In this document: positions 34,148-42,141 of the stretch, piece by piece
How positions within the stretch are numbered: the stretch's first letter is position 1
Layout: each line of letters begins with the position of its first letter
UHGV virus genome: UHGV-0243075
Reading direction: 5' to 3' (one strand)
Length of the DNA stretch: 44,002 nucleotides
DNA from: a virus
Program-made: the position numbers and the translations under genes
Notes under the pieces: model-generated
Seen by the model: only the letters and a program-made list of their open reading frames with translations
Told to the model about the DNA's origin: nothing
The model's database searches: none

Positions 34148-34754
34148 CAGCGACATGGTTCGGGCAATCCTGGAAGGGCGCAAGACAGTTACCAGGAGAG
34201 TAATTAAGAACACAGACGATTCAATGTATGCAGGTTTGTGCGGGTTTGGTCCTGGATTATTCAGCGAAAAAACTGGGCTTAGAGTAAAAGAACCTTATTA
34301 TAGACTGGGCGATATCCTGTATGTTCGGGAAACATGGAATCAACTCGCAAGAGTAGACGAAAATGGTTATACACATTATAACGATTTATTCTATGTCTAT
34401 AAAGCGGATAAAAACCAGCCTGATTTATATGATGATAATGGATTTTATCTTGACGATACCGCACGAAAGTGGCGCCCATCTATCCATATGCCAAAGGAGG
34501 TCGCCAGAATCTGGTTGCAGGTGACGGATGTACGGGCGGAGCGGCTGCATAATTTGACCAACAGAGATGCAAAAAAAGAGGGTATCACTGTAGAGACGGA
34601 CAATAGTGGAATAGCACATAGAGACGCTTTTATAAGATTTTGGGATACCACTATAAAAAAATCTGACATAGGTACATATGGATGGAATACCAACCCGTGG
34701 GTATGGGTGATAGAATTTGAGCGGTGCGAGAAACCGGAGGAGGCAGAGGGATGA
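34125..34754 (+). CDS. ASCH/PUA-like domain protein.
   Basis: N-terminal MVKPILFNSDMVRAILEGRKTVTRR pattern is typical of ASCH-fold phage proteins, as recalled. Confidence 0.45.
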   Translation: MVKPILFNSDMVRAILEGRKTVTRRVIKNTDDSMYAGLCGFGPGLFSEKTGLRVKEPYYRLGDILYVRETWNQLARVDENGYTHYNDLFYVYKADKNQPDLYDDNGFYLDDTARKWRPSIHMPKEVARIWLQVTDVRAERLHNLTNRDAKKEGITVETDNSGIAHRDAFIRFWDTTIKKSDIGTYGWNTNPWVWVIEFERCEKPEEAEG

Positions 34755-35086
34755 AGTATGACAAAGAAAGATTTGAATGGTTGTCGTACGATAAAAAGAT
34801 GGGTTTGATAGAGCGGGAGTTAAGTCTGGAAACTCATAATGCGACAACTAGAGCGGATTTGCTCATGCTTTTGGATTGGGCATACAAAAAGATAAAGACA
34901 GATAAAAAAAGGATTGAAGATGGGATTGCTCATTGCTATATGACCAAATTTGAATATCCAGGAATGGAAGAAGGCTTATGTGCCGGATTAAGAACCATGG
35001 ATGGAGATGGAGAACCTTACGAAACCTGCAAAGAGTGTCGTTTACAGTACCAATACAACGATATGCATCAGGAGGTAGAGGAATGA
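34751..35086 (+). CDS. Hypothetical protein with a C-terminal Cys pair.
   Basis: GGAGG..GGG RBS before the ATG. Confidence 0.45.
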   Translation: MKYDKERFEWLSYDKKMGLIERELSLETHNATTRADLLMLLDWAYKKIKTDKKRIEDGIAHCYMTKFEYPGMEEGLCAGLRTMDGDGEPYETCKECRLQYQYNDMHQEVEE

Positions 35087-35349
35087 TAGATAGACAGGGA
35101 GCAATTGCGATATTGCAGGAACACATTAATACATACCGCTACCAAACCACAGATAAGGGATGGGAGCAAATGGTACGCGCCGGAATTATCGAAAACACGA
35201 TACCTGACAAGATAGGTTTTATAGCAGAGACGGAGAAGCAGATACAGGCTTACGAGATGGCTATTAAGGCCCTGGAGAGCGGAGCGGAAGAGGCATTTGT
35301 GGACCGGTGTTACCTTGGCAGCCCATGTCCATACCAGATGCGGGTATGA
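35083..35349 (+). CDS. Hypothetical protein.
   Basis: GGAGGTAGAGG RBS before the ATG. Confidence 0.45.
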   Translation: MIDRQGAIAILQEHINTYRYQTTDKGWEQMVRAGIIENTIPDKIGFIAETEKQIQAYEMAIKALESGAEEAFVDRCYLGSPCPYQMRV

Positions 35350-35512
35350 TAAAAGCGGGCTTTAGGGATGTAGTATTTAGCCGGGGCCGTTAATTGGACC
35401 AAAGCCAAAGCCGGGAGCCAGTACCGGCAATTATTCAAAATCGAAATTTGAGTGATTAAGGAAGGAGGCCGGAGCCGCGCGCGCAAAAAGGATATCCAGG
35501 CTCCTTTAAAAA

Positions 35513-36490
35513 ATGGGATTAGAAGTTTTTGATAATTATGAATGTGATAACCAGATGGAAATAAATTTGGATGACACAGGAATGACATACCAGATGGATT
35601 TGTTTAAGGGTGCGCCAGATGATGAAGCAATTAAAATGATTCAGTATTATGAGATGCTGGCCGTAGAGAACGACCCAAGGGGTTATTGTGTTTGTACTTC
35701 CGAGGGAAAAGATAGCCGCGTTCTGGGGCATTTGTTCCGTAGGGCCGGAGTGAAGCATTTTTATATGCATAGCATTACCGGAATAGACCCCCCGGAATTA
35801 ATATACTTTCAGAGGAAAAATTTCCAAGAATATAAAGATACAGGATATCTCACATATGATGTGCGATACAGGATATCAATGTGGAATCTTATGATTAAGC
35901 GTAGGATTCCGCCGTTAAGAAATGCAAGATATTGCTGTGAAGAGCTGAAAGAACGTAGGGTTGAGGAACAGGGAAATGCAATACTCTCATTTGGGGTGAG
36001 GAAACATGAGAGCCGAAAACGAGCGAAAAATAGAGATGAATTAGAAATAGCAACCCCAAAAGGGAAAAGAAACATAATTATGCCATTTGACGATGATGAT
36101 AACCGCAGGACGTTTGAAGTATGTTATGCCAATTTAGAAAAAAGACTAAATCCCATTGTTGATTGGTATGGTGAAAATATATGGGATTATAGTCATTATT
36201 GGAAGTTGGAGCAGTGTTGCCTATATTGTGAAGGATTTGACCGCCTGGGGTGTATAGGTTGCCCGATGGCAAGGAAAGCAGGACGTGAAAGGGATTTTGC
36301 ACGATGGCCGAAGTATAAAGAGCAGTATATAAGAACATTTGGAAGGATGATAGAGGCAAGGGAAGCTGCTGGATTAAGGATTTTTAATTTTGGGAAGACC
36401 GCCCAGGAATGGTTTTACTGGTGGATGTCTGATAAGCCTGTTGGAGATAAAGACGAGGCACAATTGGAACTGGAATTGACTGAGTATTAA
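35513..36490 (+). CDS. PAPS-reductase / DndC-like ATP-pyrophosphatase family protein with a C-terminal Cys cluster.
   Basis: YCVCTSEGKDSRVLGHL matches the SGGKDS PP-loop. C-terminal CCLYCEGFDRLGCIGCP is a possible Fe-S site. Confidence 0.65.
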   Translation: MGLEVFDNYECDNQMEINLDDTGMTYQMDLFKGAPDDEAIKMIQYYEMLAVENDPRGYCVCTSEGKDSRVLGHLFRRAGVKHFYMHSITGIDPPELIYFQRKNFQEYKDTGYLTYDVRYRISMWNLMIKRRIPPLRNARYCCEELKERRVEEQGNAILSFGVRKHESRKRAKNRDELEIATPKGKRNIIMPFDDDDNRRTFEVCYANLEKRLNPIVDWYGENIWDYSHYWKLEQCCLYCEGFDRLGCIGCPMARKAGRERDFARWPKYKEQYIRTFGRMIEAREAAGLRIFNFGKTAQEWFYWWMSDKPVGDKDEAQLELELTEY

Positions 36491-36520
36491 TAAGCAAAAT
36501 TAACATTTTGGGAGGTATGT

Positions 36521-36673
36521 ATGGATAAAGATTTTTCAGAAGGATTTATGCATGATATAGCAGATTTGTTGGAATATTGTGCAGAAAATAATACAGATAA
36601 TGTCGATTTGATTTTTACTTTTGGAGATAAGGAATTGAGCGTGAATATCGTATTTTCAGCTAAACAAAACTGA
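36521..36673 (+). CDS. Small acidic protein, 50 aa.
   Basis: GGAGG RBS 5 nt upstream. Confidence 0.35.
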   Translation: MDKDFSEGFMHDIADLLEYCAENNTDNVDLIFTFGDKELSVNIVFSAKQN

Positions 36674-36804
36674 CATTATTAGAATTTGATGGAGGCGTAA
36701 GATGGAGATAAGCATTTTTGAGCGAAATGGGAAGACATGGACAAGATTTAAAGTCAAAGTAACAAGTTTTTATCATCTAAAACAGTGAAATTTGGGTTTG
36801 CACA

Positions 36805-36834
36805 TTGACAACAATATATTGGTTAGTGGATAAT
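36805..36834 (+). promoter_or_regulatory. Promoter TTGACA-18-GATAAT carrying the motif AATATTGRTTAGTGGAWATAA.
   Basis: Direct reading. Homologous to 37355-37390. Confidence 0.45.
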
Positions 36835-36853
36835 AAGTTTTGGAGGTGATACC

Positions 36854-37027
36854 TTGAGATTGATTGATGCAGACTCATTAATGATACGGCTCGAAAAACA
36901 TTACAAAGAATGCGAAAGCAGTTACGAAAAAACGCAAGGTGATGCTTGGCTATATATGATGCAAGCATATTCCAAGGCAGTAAAAGAAGTCAATGAAAGT
37001 GAGACTGTAAGAACCACTGACCAATAA
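36854..37027 (+). CDS. Small protein, 57 aa, TTG start.
   Basis: GGAGGTGA RBS 5 nt before the TTG. Confidence 0.35.
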   Translation: MRLIDADSLMIRLEKHYKECESSYEKTQGDAWLYMMQAYSKAVKEVNESETVRTTDQ

Positions 37028-37354
37028 CGGTTGGTGGTTTTTATTTTGAAAAACTGAAATAAATTGTGATTGAGGTAGAAAACGAAAGTTAAGCTAATGA
37101 TATAGCGGCAACGATGGACGGGGAAGACATTGCAGAGAATGACCCGCATGAGTATGCTATATGGAATGTAACCCCATTAACTTAAAACTTTTGGGAATAA
37201 AAAAGAGCCTTGCGGCCCTGCCCGACGTTTTACAAAGGTGAGGAATTGCAACCTCACAAGGGTCTACTGGCGGCTTTGCGTTCCCTATTATTTAAATTGA
37301 TTATAGCATTTTTTTGAGAATTACACAATAGCAATATTAGAATTTAAACGTACA

Positions 37355-37418
37355 TTGAAAATTTAATATTGATTAGTGGAAATAAAATGTTGACATTGGG
37401 TGTACCCTATGTTATAAT
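37355..37418 (+). promoter_or_regulatory. Tandem promoters. A homolog of the 36805 promoter (TTGAAA...GAAATA, carrying the same 21-nt motif) is followed by a consensus TTGACA-17-TATAAT at 37390-37418.
   Basis: Direct reading. Motif copy at 37366-37390. Confidence 0.5.
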
Positions 37419-37481
37419 AAAGACAGTTAGGAAACATATTATAAAAAGAATTTATAAAATTAAGAAAAAGGGGTAAACACT

Positions 37482-37772
37482 ATGACAACAATCAAAGGAT
37501 TCGCAAATTACGGAGTATTGGCACATGAGAAGCAGATAATCTTCACTGTTTCGGGAAAACACCCACATGCAACTGTGAGTGAAGAAATTGAAATCACATT
37601 GCCAGACAAATGGGAAGTATCCCGGAATGAATTTGAGGAGCTGCTTATTGATACGCCGGAGGGTAAGACCTATATGGCTGACGAAATCATATCAAGTTGG
37701 GAAGATGAACCGGTATTAAGCTGGTATGATGAAGAAAATCATAGGATTACACTTGAATGGAAAACAATATGA
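37482..37772 (+). CDS. Hypothetical acidic protein.
   Basis: RBS AAAAGGGG. Lies downstream of the strong promoter. Confidence 0.55.
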   Translation: MTTIKGFANYGVLAHEKQIIFTVSGKHPHATVSEEIEITLPDKWEVSRNEFEELLIDTPEGKTYMADEIISSWEDEPVLSWYDEENHRITLEWKTI

Positions 37773-37931
37773 AGGGGAACGCCGCAAGAAAGATGGCAGA
37801 AAAAAGCCGGATTAATTAGCAAGTCCTATAAGCTTAATAAAACGCTTGTAGAGGATTTTGCAAAAGCTTGTGAAGCGGCAGGAACAACGCAAGCCAAACA
37901 ATTATCAAAAATGATGAAAGAATTTATTGAA

Positions 37932-37962
37932 GCCACTAATCAGTATTAGATTAGTGGCTTTT
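37932..37962 (+). terminator. Rho-independent terminator.
   Basis: gccactaat-cagtattag-attagtggc followed by tttt. Confidence 0.55.
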
Positions 37963-38002
37963 ACGTACTATCTGAGCAGCGATGTAATGGAAATGATGGA
38001 AA

Positions 38003-38227
38003 GTGCTAACAAAGAACTTGGTAGACGTAGTGATTGAACGAATCAATACGCTGCCAATGGAAATGAAAGACAGCATAGACAATCAGAACGGATACATATT
38101 GCAACTCTTCTTATCCGGGAGTTACGGAGCGGTATTATGCACAGTCTACGCCACATACCATTCGTTCGGCAAGAGAAAGTGTATGTATAGAAAGGAAAGC
38201 CATGAGGACCAGGGACAAGAATTATAG
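38003..38227 (+). CDS. Hypothetical protein.
   Basis: ORF after the terminator. Confidence 0.4.
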   Translation: MLTKNLVDVVIERINTLPMEMKDSIDNQNGYILQLFLSGSYGAVLCTVYATYHSFGKRKCMYRKESHEDQGQEL

Positions 38228-38504
38228 TGACTATGGTATTACTGATGATGAAGCCAAGCGCATAAAAGAATACTGCCAGACCGCTAGCGTAGAAGATAAG
38301 CTTACATTGTTCCAGTGCGCCATATCCTCCGCTCCTGGCTTGGAAGTTGAGATATATGAGAGCCTTGTAGGTAATATCGGATATGACAAGCTGAGTAAAA
38401 GGAAGAACATACCAATTAAGCGGGATGATTTCTATGGGTATCAAAGAAAGACGCTCGATGAATACAGGCGGTTAATGACATTGTTTGGGAGGTGGAAAGG
38501 ATGA
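38202..38504 (+). CDS. Hypothetical protein.
   Basis: Overlapping operon member. Confidence 0.45.
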   Translation: MRTRDKNYSDYGITDDEAKRIKEYCQTASVEDKLTLFQCAISSAPGLEVEIYESLVGNIGYDKLSKRKNIPIKRDDFYGYQRKTLDEYRRLMTLFGRWKG

Positions 38505-38935
38505 CAATTAGTCACATAAAGGCAAGCGAGTTATTAAGAATTGGTGATAGCATCCGTATCCTAAGAAAAAATAAGGGTTGGACGCAAAAAAAGCTTGCTA
38601 GCGAAAGTGGCATTCACGAAGTACAGATTCGTAGATATGAAAATAATCAATCACTTCCCAGAGATGAACAATTGCAAAAACTTGCTAGTGCTTTAGGAAT
38701 ATCAATTAATCAATTAAAATTTAGGAGGTGCAGAATGAAAGACTATTCGCAATTGCACGATAATGCACTGGATTATGAGAGGAATATAGAGATAGGGGCA
38801 GAACAGCTTTGTGAGTTGAGGTTAAAAATGTACCGTGAGAAAGACGCAGACATTTTGAAAGAGATTACTCCTGTGCTAAACGCAATTATTCACGATGCGG
38901 AACGGTATAGGAATTGGATTCAGGCACAGAATTAA
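38501..38935 (+). CDS. XRE-type HTH regulator upstream of the packaging genes (candidate late-gene regulator).
   Basis: HTH IRILRKNKGWTQKKLASESGIHEVQIRRYENNQSLP. GGGAGGTGG RBS. Confidence 0.6.
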   Translation: MTISHIKASELLRIGDSIRILRKNKGWTQKKLASESGIHEVQIRRYENNQSLPRDEQLQKLASALGISINQLKFRRCRMKDYSQLHDNALDYERNIEIGAEQLCELRLKMYREKDADILKEITPVLNAIIHDAERYRNWIQAQN

Positions 38936-38943
38936 AATTATAT

Positions 38944-38985
38944 AAAAATGTGGGGACGATTTACATTACATACGCATGGTAAGAT
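38944..38985 (+). promoter_or_regulatory. Conserved late-promoter-like motif, copy 2: AAAAATGTGGGGACGATT-N16-GGTAAGAT.
   Basis: 18-mer identical to 6723-6740. Both copies are followed at 15-16 nt by GGTAARAT. Confidence 0.5.
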
Positions 38986-39021
38986 TAGTATAGGATTATT
39001 ATACCATATATGGGGGATTGT

Positions 39022-39288
39022 ATGAATCTCAATACGATTATGAAAAAGCTCCAGCGCGCCATATTGCAGACCAGACTTGTAATCAAGATATCCACCAGCC
39101 AATTCTACAGCGAGGAACAGGGGCGCATGATAACCATATGGATATTAAGCACCCCTGTACTACAACAGGATAAGCATGGGGAGTGGAAAACCAGGGATTA
39201 TGAGATACTGCGGAGTGCATCGGGGATTGAGATTGTGAAGTGCTTGCAGGAGATATGGGAGCAGACGAAAGGATGGAAGAATGATTAG
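39022..39288 (+). CDS. Hypothetical protein.
   Basis: GGGGGA RBS before the ATG. Confidence 0.45.
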   Translation: MNLNTIMKKLQRAILQTRLVIKISTSQFYSEEQGRMITIWILSTPVLQQDKHGEWKTRDYEILRSASGIEIVKCLQEIWEQTKGWKND

Positions 39289-39436
39289 AGAAATGATACC
39301 GTGGTATCTTACCGTGGCCTGCATAATAGAGGCGTTCTTATTTGGGATGACAATCAATGTACGAAGCGATGCTGCGAAAAAATGCGTGCAGTCGTTGATT
39401 ATTATATGCGCTATCTTTGTGATGTGTATTGCATAA
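39281..39436 (+). CDS. Small membrane protein, 51 aa.
   Basis: Overlapping start. Two hydrophobic segments. Not in the ORF track because it is under 60 aa. Confidence 0.35.
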   Translation: MIREMIPWYLTVACIIEAFLFGMTINVRSDAAKKCVQSLIIICAIFVMCIA

Positions 39437-39487
39437 ATGAAAAGGCAGGATGGATTTTTCCCGATGATTAAGAAGGAATGAATTTCT

Positions 39488-39886
39488 ATGAGTTTGACAC
39501 CGAAGCAAAAGGCGTTTGCGGATTATTACATAGAGTGCGGGAATGCGGCAGAAGCTGCGAGAAAGGCTGGTTATAGCTTACGGACAGCAGACGCAATAGG
39601 ACGTGAAAACTTACGGAAGCCTACGGTTGCTGCATATATCTCTGAACGGCAGAAACAAATTGATGATTGCCGCATAGCTGATGCTGCTGAAATATTACAA
39701 TATCTTACCTCCGTAATGCGTGGAGAGGTCAAGGACCAATTCGGACTTGATGCTCCACTGGCAGAGAGAACCAAAGCGGCGGTGGAGCTAGCAAAGCGTA
39801 AGATAGATACAGATAAGAAGCAGGAGGGGGGCGGGATTACCATTGTCAACAACATACCAAGACCAGACAACAATAAATCTGACTGA
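39488..39886 (+). CDS. terS: Terminase small subunit (P27 / Terminase_2 type).
   Basis: MSLTPKQKAFADYYIECGNAAEAARKAGYS is the canonical small terminase N-terminus. Confidence 0.85.
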   Translation: MSLTPKQKAFADYYIECGNAAEAARKAGYSLRTADAIGRENLRKPTVAAYISERQKQIDDCRIADAAEILQYLTSVMRGEVKDQFGLDAPLAERTKAAVELAKRKIDTDKKQEGGGITIVNNIPRPDNNKSD

Positions 39887-40319
39887 CGTAATCGCCCCTT
39901 CTTTCTATGATGTTCATTGGGATATACTCGAAGGTAATCATACATATTATGACCTGTACGGTGGGCGAGGTTCCACGAAGTCCTCTTTCATATCTGTGGA
40001 GATTGTTTTGGGTATGATGGATGACCCAGAGGCTAATGCGGTAGTGTTTCGTAAATATGCGGTGACCATCGGAGAATCAGTCTTTGAGCAGATACAGTGG
40101 GCCATAGATGCATTAGGGGTAACTGATTTATGGGAATCACGTACAAGCCCATACCGATTCGTTTATAAGCCAACAGGGCAAAAGATAATATTCCGTGGAC
40201 TTGACAAGGCGAAGAAAACAAAGTCAATTAAAGCTAGTAAGGGATACTTCAAATATTTGTGGTTAAACACTTCTGACCACGTTAAACCCATTAAATTCAG
40301 GGAAACTCCTACAAAATAG
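39843..40319 (+). CDS. terL: Terminase large subunit, 5' part (ATPase, Walker A), interrupted.
   Basis: Walker A YGGRGSTKS. The ORF ends shortly after KYLWL, where a Walker B DE is expected. Confidence 0.75.
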   Translation: MSTTYQDQTTINLTDVIAPSFYDVHWDILEGNHTYYDLYGGRGSTKSSFISVEIVLGMMDDPEANAVVFRKYAVTIGESVFEQIQWAIDALGVTDLWESRTSPYRFVYKPTGQKIIFRGLDKAKKTKSIKASKGYFKYLWLNTSDHVKPIKFRETPTK

Positions 40320-41170
40320 GACAATCCTGAGCAAAGATTATTCGACATAATATTTAATAAATTCATCTTTTGTGGTATAATATAATAAACGAATTTAAGG
40401 AGAAAATACCATGAAAGAAATTTGGAGAATTATTAAAGGGTTTGAGGACTATGAGATTAGCAATACAGGAAGGGTAAAAAGCCATAAGCATGGCCGAGAA
40501 GTCATTTTAAAGCAAAGAGTATCGCATGATGGTTATGTATGGTACAACTTGTGCATGAATGGCAAACAGTACACAAAGCGAGCAAATAGGCTTGTGGCTG
40601 AGGCTTTTGTTAATAACCCAGAAAATAAACCTACAGTTAATCACATTGATGGAGATAAATCCAATAACAACGCAGAAAATTTAGAATGGGCTACCCGCGA
40701 GGAGCAAATGCAGCATGCTTATGCAAATGGCTTAAAAAAGCCAGTTCGAGGATATTTACAAGGGAATCATGTTTTGAGCGAAGATGAAGTGAGAGAAATT
40801 CGCAGAATTTATAAGGGACATAATAAAAAGTTTGGAATGAACGCTCTAGCAAAAAAATATAATGTAAGTCCTTCTGTAATTGATAAATGCGTAAGAAGAA
40901 AAAGCTATAAGAATGTCGAATAATAATGTGCAACGACTATCGAAAGGTATGTTATAGAGAAATCTATAACTGAGAACGAGTAGAGTAAGCCTCAAGTGAG
41001 GTTGAAAAAGTGGGGTGAGTGGAATTGGTAACAGATTCCATTTACATGATATAGTCTGAACACCATAGTAATATGGTGAGTGTATACGGAAACGGTATAT
41101 GCGTAACAAAATTGTGAAGAACTGGACGAATTTGCAGGACCGGAAGAAATACGAACTGTTGAACAATCAG
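40270..41170 (+). mobile_element. Intervening sequence in terL carrying a free-standing HNH homing endonuclease gene (likely a group I intron). Boundaries approximate.
   Basis: The terL reading frame breaks after roughly aa 140 and resumes at about 41107-41173 in another frame. An HNH ORF lies between. Confidence 0.55.
40411..40923 (+). CDS. HNH homing endonuclease (HNH_3 with an AP2-like DNA-binding region).
   Basis: NHIDGDKSNNNAENLEWATREEQMQHA. Strong RBS AAGGAG. Confidence 0.75.
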   Translation: MKEIWRIIKGFEDYEISNTGRVKSHKHGREVILKQRVSHDGYVWYNLCMNGKQYTKRANRLVAEAFVNNPENKPTVNHIDGDKSNNNAENLEWATREEQMQHAYANGLKKPVRGYLQGNHVLSEDEVREIRRIYKGHNKKFGMNALAKKYNVSPSVIDKCVRRKSYKNVE

Positions 41171-41952
41171 TGTTGCGCGGTGGAAGCAAGTTTGTTGTGT
41201 TTAAATCCTTCAACCCGCCTATCAGTCAAAGCAACTGGGCTAATCAGTATGTAAACACGCCGGATGATAGTGCATATAGACATAAAAGCGATTACCGTTC
41301 TGTGCCGGTTGAATGGCTGGGGGAAATGTTTATTGAGCGCGCTGAACATCTTAAAGCCACCAATGAGCGGGCATACAACCACGAGTATTTAGGCTTGCCG
41401 GTTGGACTTGGTACAAATATATTTGATATGCTGGATGTACGGACAATCACAGACGAGGAAATTCAGAAATACCAAAGCATATACCAGGGGCAAGACTGGG
41501 GCTGGTTCCCGGACCCCAAAGCATTTATCCGGGCCGCTTACATACCAAACAAAGAATTGGTTGTGTTGCTTGATGAAATGGGTGGCTGTAAAATTCGTAA
41601 CAGCAAGATGGCTGAGGATATACAGACGGCTGGGTACGATGATTATACAATCTATTGCGGTGTGGATGAAGAAGAAAGCATTATAGACTTCCGTGACGCT
41701 GGTTTACCGGCACGTAAAGCCATTGTAACACCAGGAAGCAGGAAATATACCTTTGAGTGGTTGCAGTGCCGTACAATCGTTATAGACCCGGCCCGCACGC
41801 CACGAGCATACAAGGAAATAATAGAGTATGAGCATGAGGTAGACGGAAACGGAGAAGTAATAGCGGATTACCCAGATGGAAATGACCACTGGATTGATGC
41901 TCTCCGTTATGCTACAAGCCCGCTATCAATGAGGAGAGGAAACAGCGCATGA
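41170..41952 (+). CDS. terL: Terminase large subunit, 3' part (nuclease domain).
   Basis: Continuation with terminase nuclease-domain-like segments (...VLLDEMGG..., DHWIDALRYA). The frame is open from 41107. Confidence 0.7.
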   Translation: MLRGGSKFVVFKSFNPPISQSNWANQYVNTPDDSAYRHKSDYRSVPVEWLGEMFIERAEHLKATNERAYNHEYLGLPVGLGTNIFDMLDVRTITDEEIQKYQSIYQGQDWGWFPDPKAFIRAAYIPNKELVVLLDEMGGCKIRNSKMAEDIQTAGYDDYTIYCGVDEEESIIDFRDAGLPARKAIVTPGSRKYTFEWLQCRTIVIDPARTPRAYKEIIEYEHEVDGNGEVIADYPDGNDHWIDALRYATSPLSMRRGNSA

Positions 41953-42137
41953 TTTATATATTGATTATAATTTATTTGTTAATTGGCACTATTGTTTCTG
42001 GGGCCATGCAAGTAAATGGAAAGCCTTCTTTGCTTCTATTGTTCTTCTGGCCGTTGACACTATTTTTTCTTCTAATCTTTGGCGCATTTAATCTTGCGTT
42101 TTTGATAGGCGAAAAAATAGCAGAAAAAATTGGGTGA
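41949..42137 (+). CDS. Small 2-TM membrane protein between terL and portal.
   Basis: ATGA overlap. Hydrophobic segments. Confidence 0.35.
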   Translation: MIYILIIIYLLIGTIVSGAMQVNGKPSLLLLFFWPLTLFFLLIFGAFNLAFLIGEKIAEKIG

Positions 42138-42141
42138 TTAA

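Noticed and set aside
37200-37290. GC-rich structured element as a tRNA or tmRNA
   Set aside because: It lacks a GTTCRA T-loop and acceptor pairing. It is retained only as a generic stem-loop within finding 36492-37481.
37773-37946. RHH-like reading frame (KSYKLNKTLVEDFAKACEAAGTTQAKQLSKMMKEFIEA)
   Set aside because: The frame has no ATG, GTG or TTG start before the only Met pair near its 3' end. It is probably not a gene unless a non-canonical start is used.
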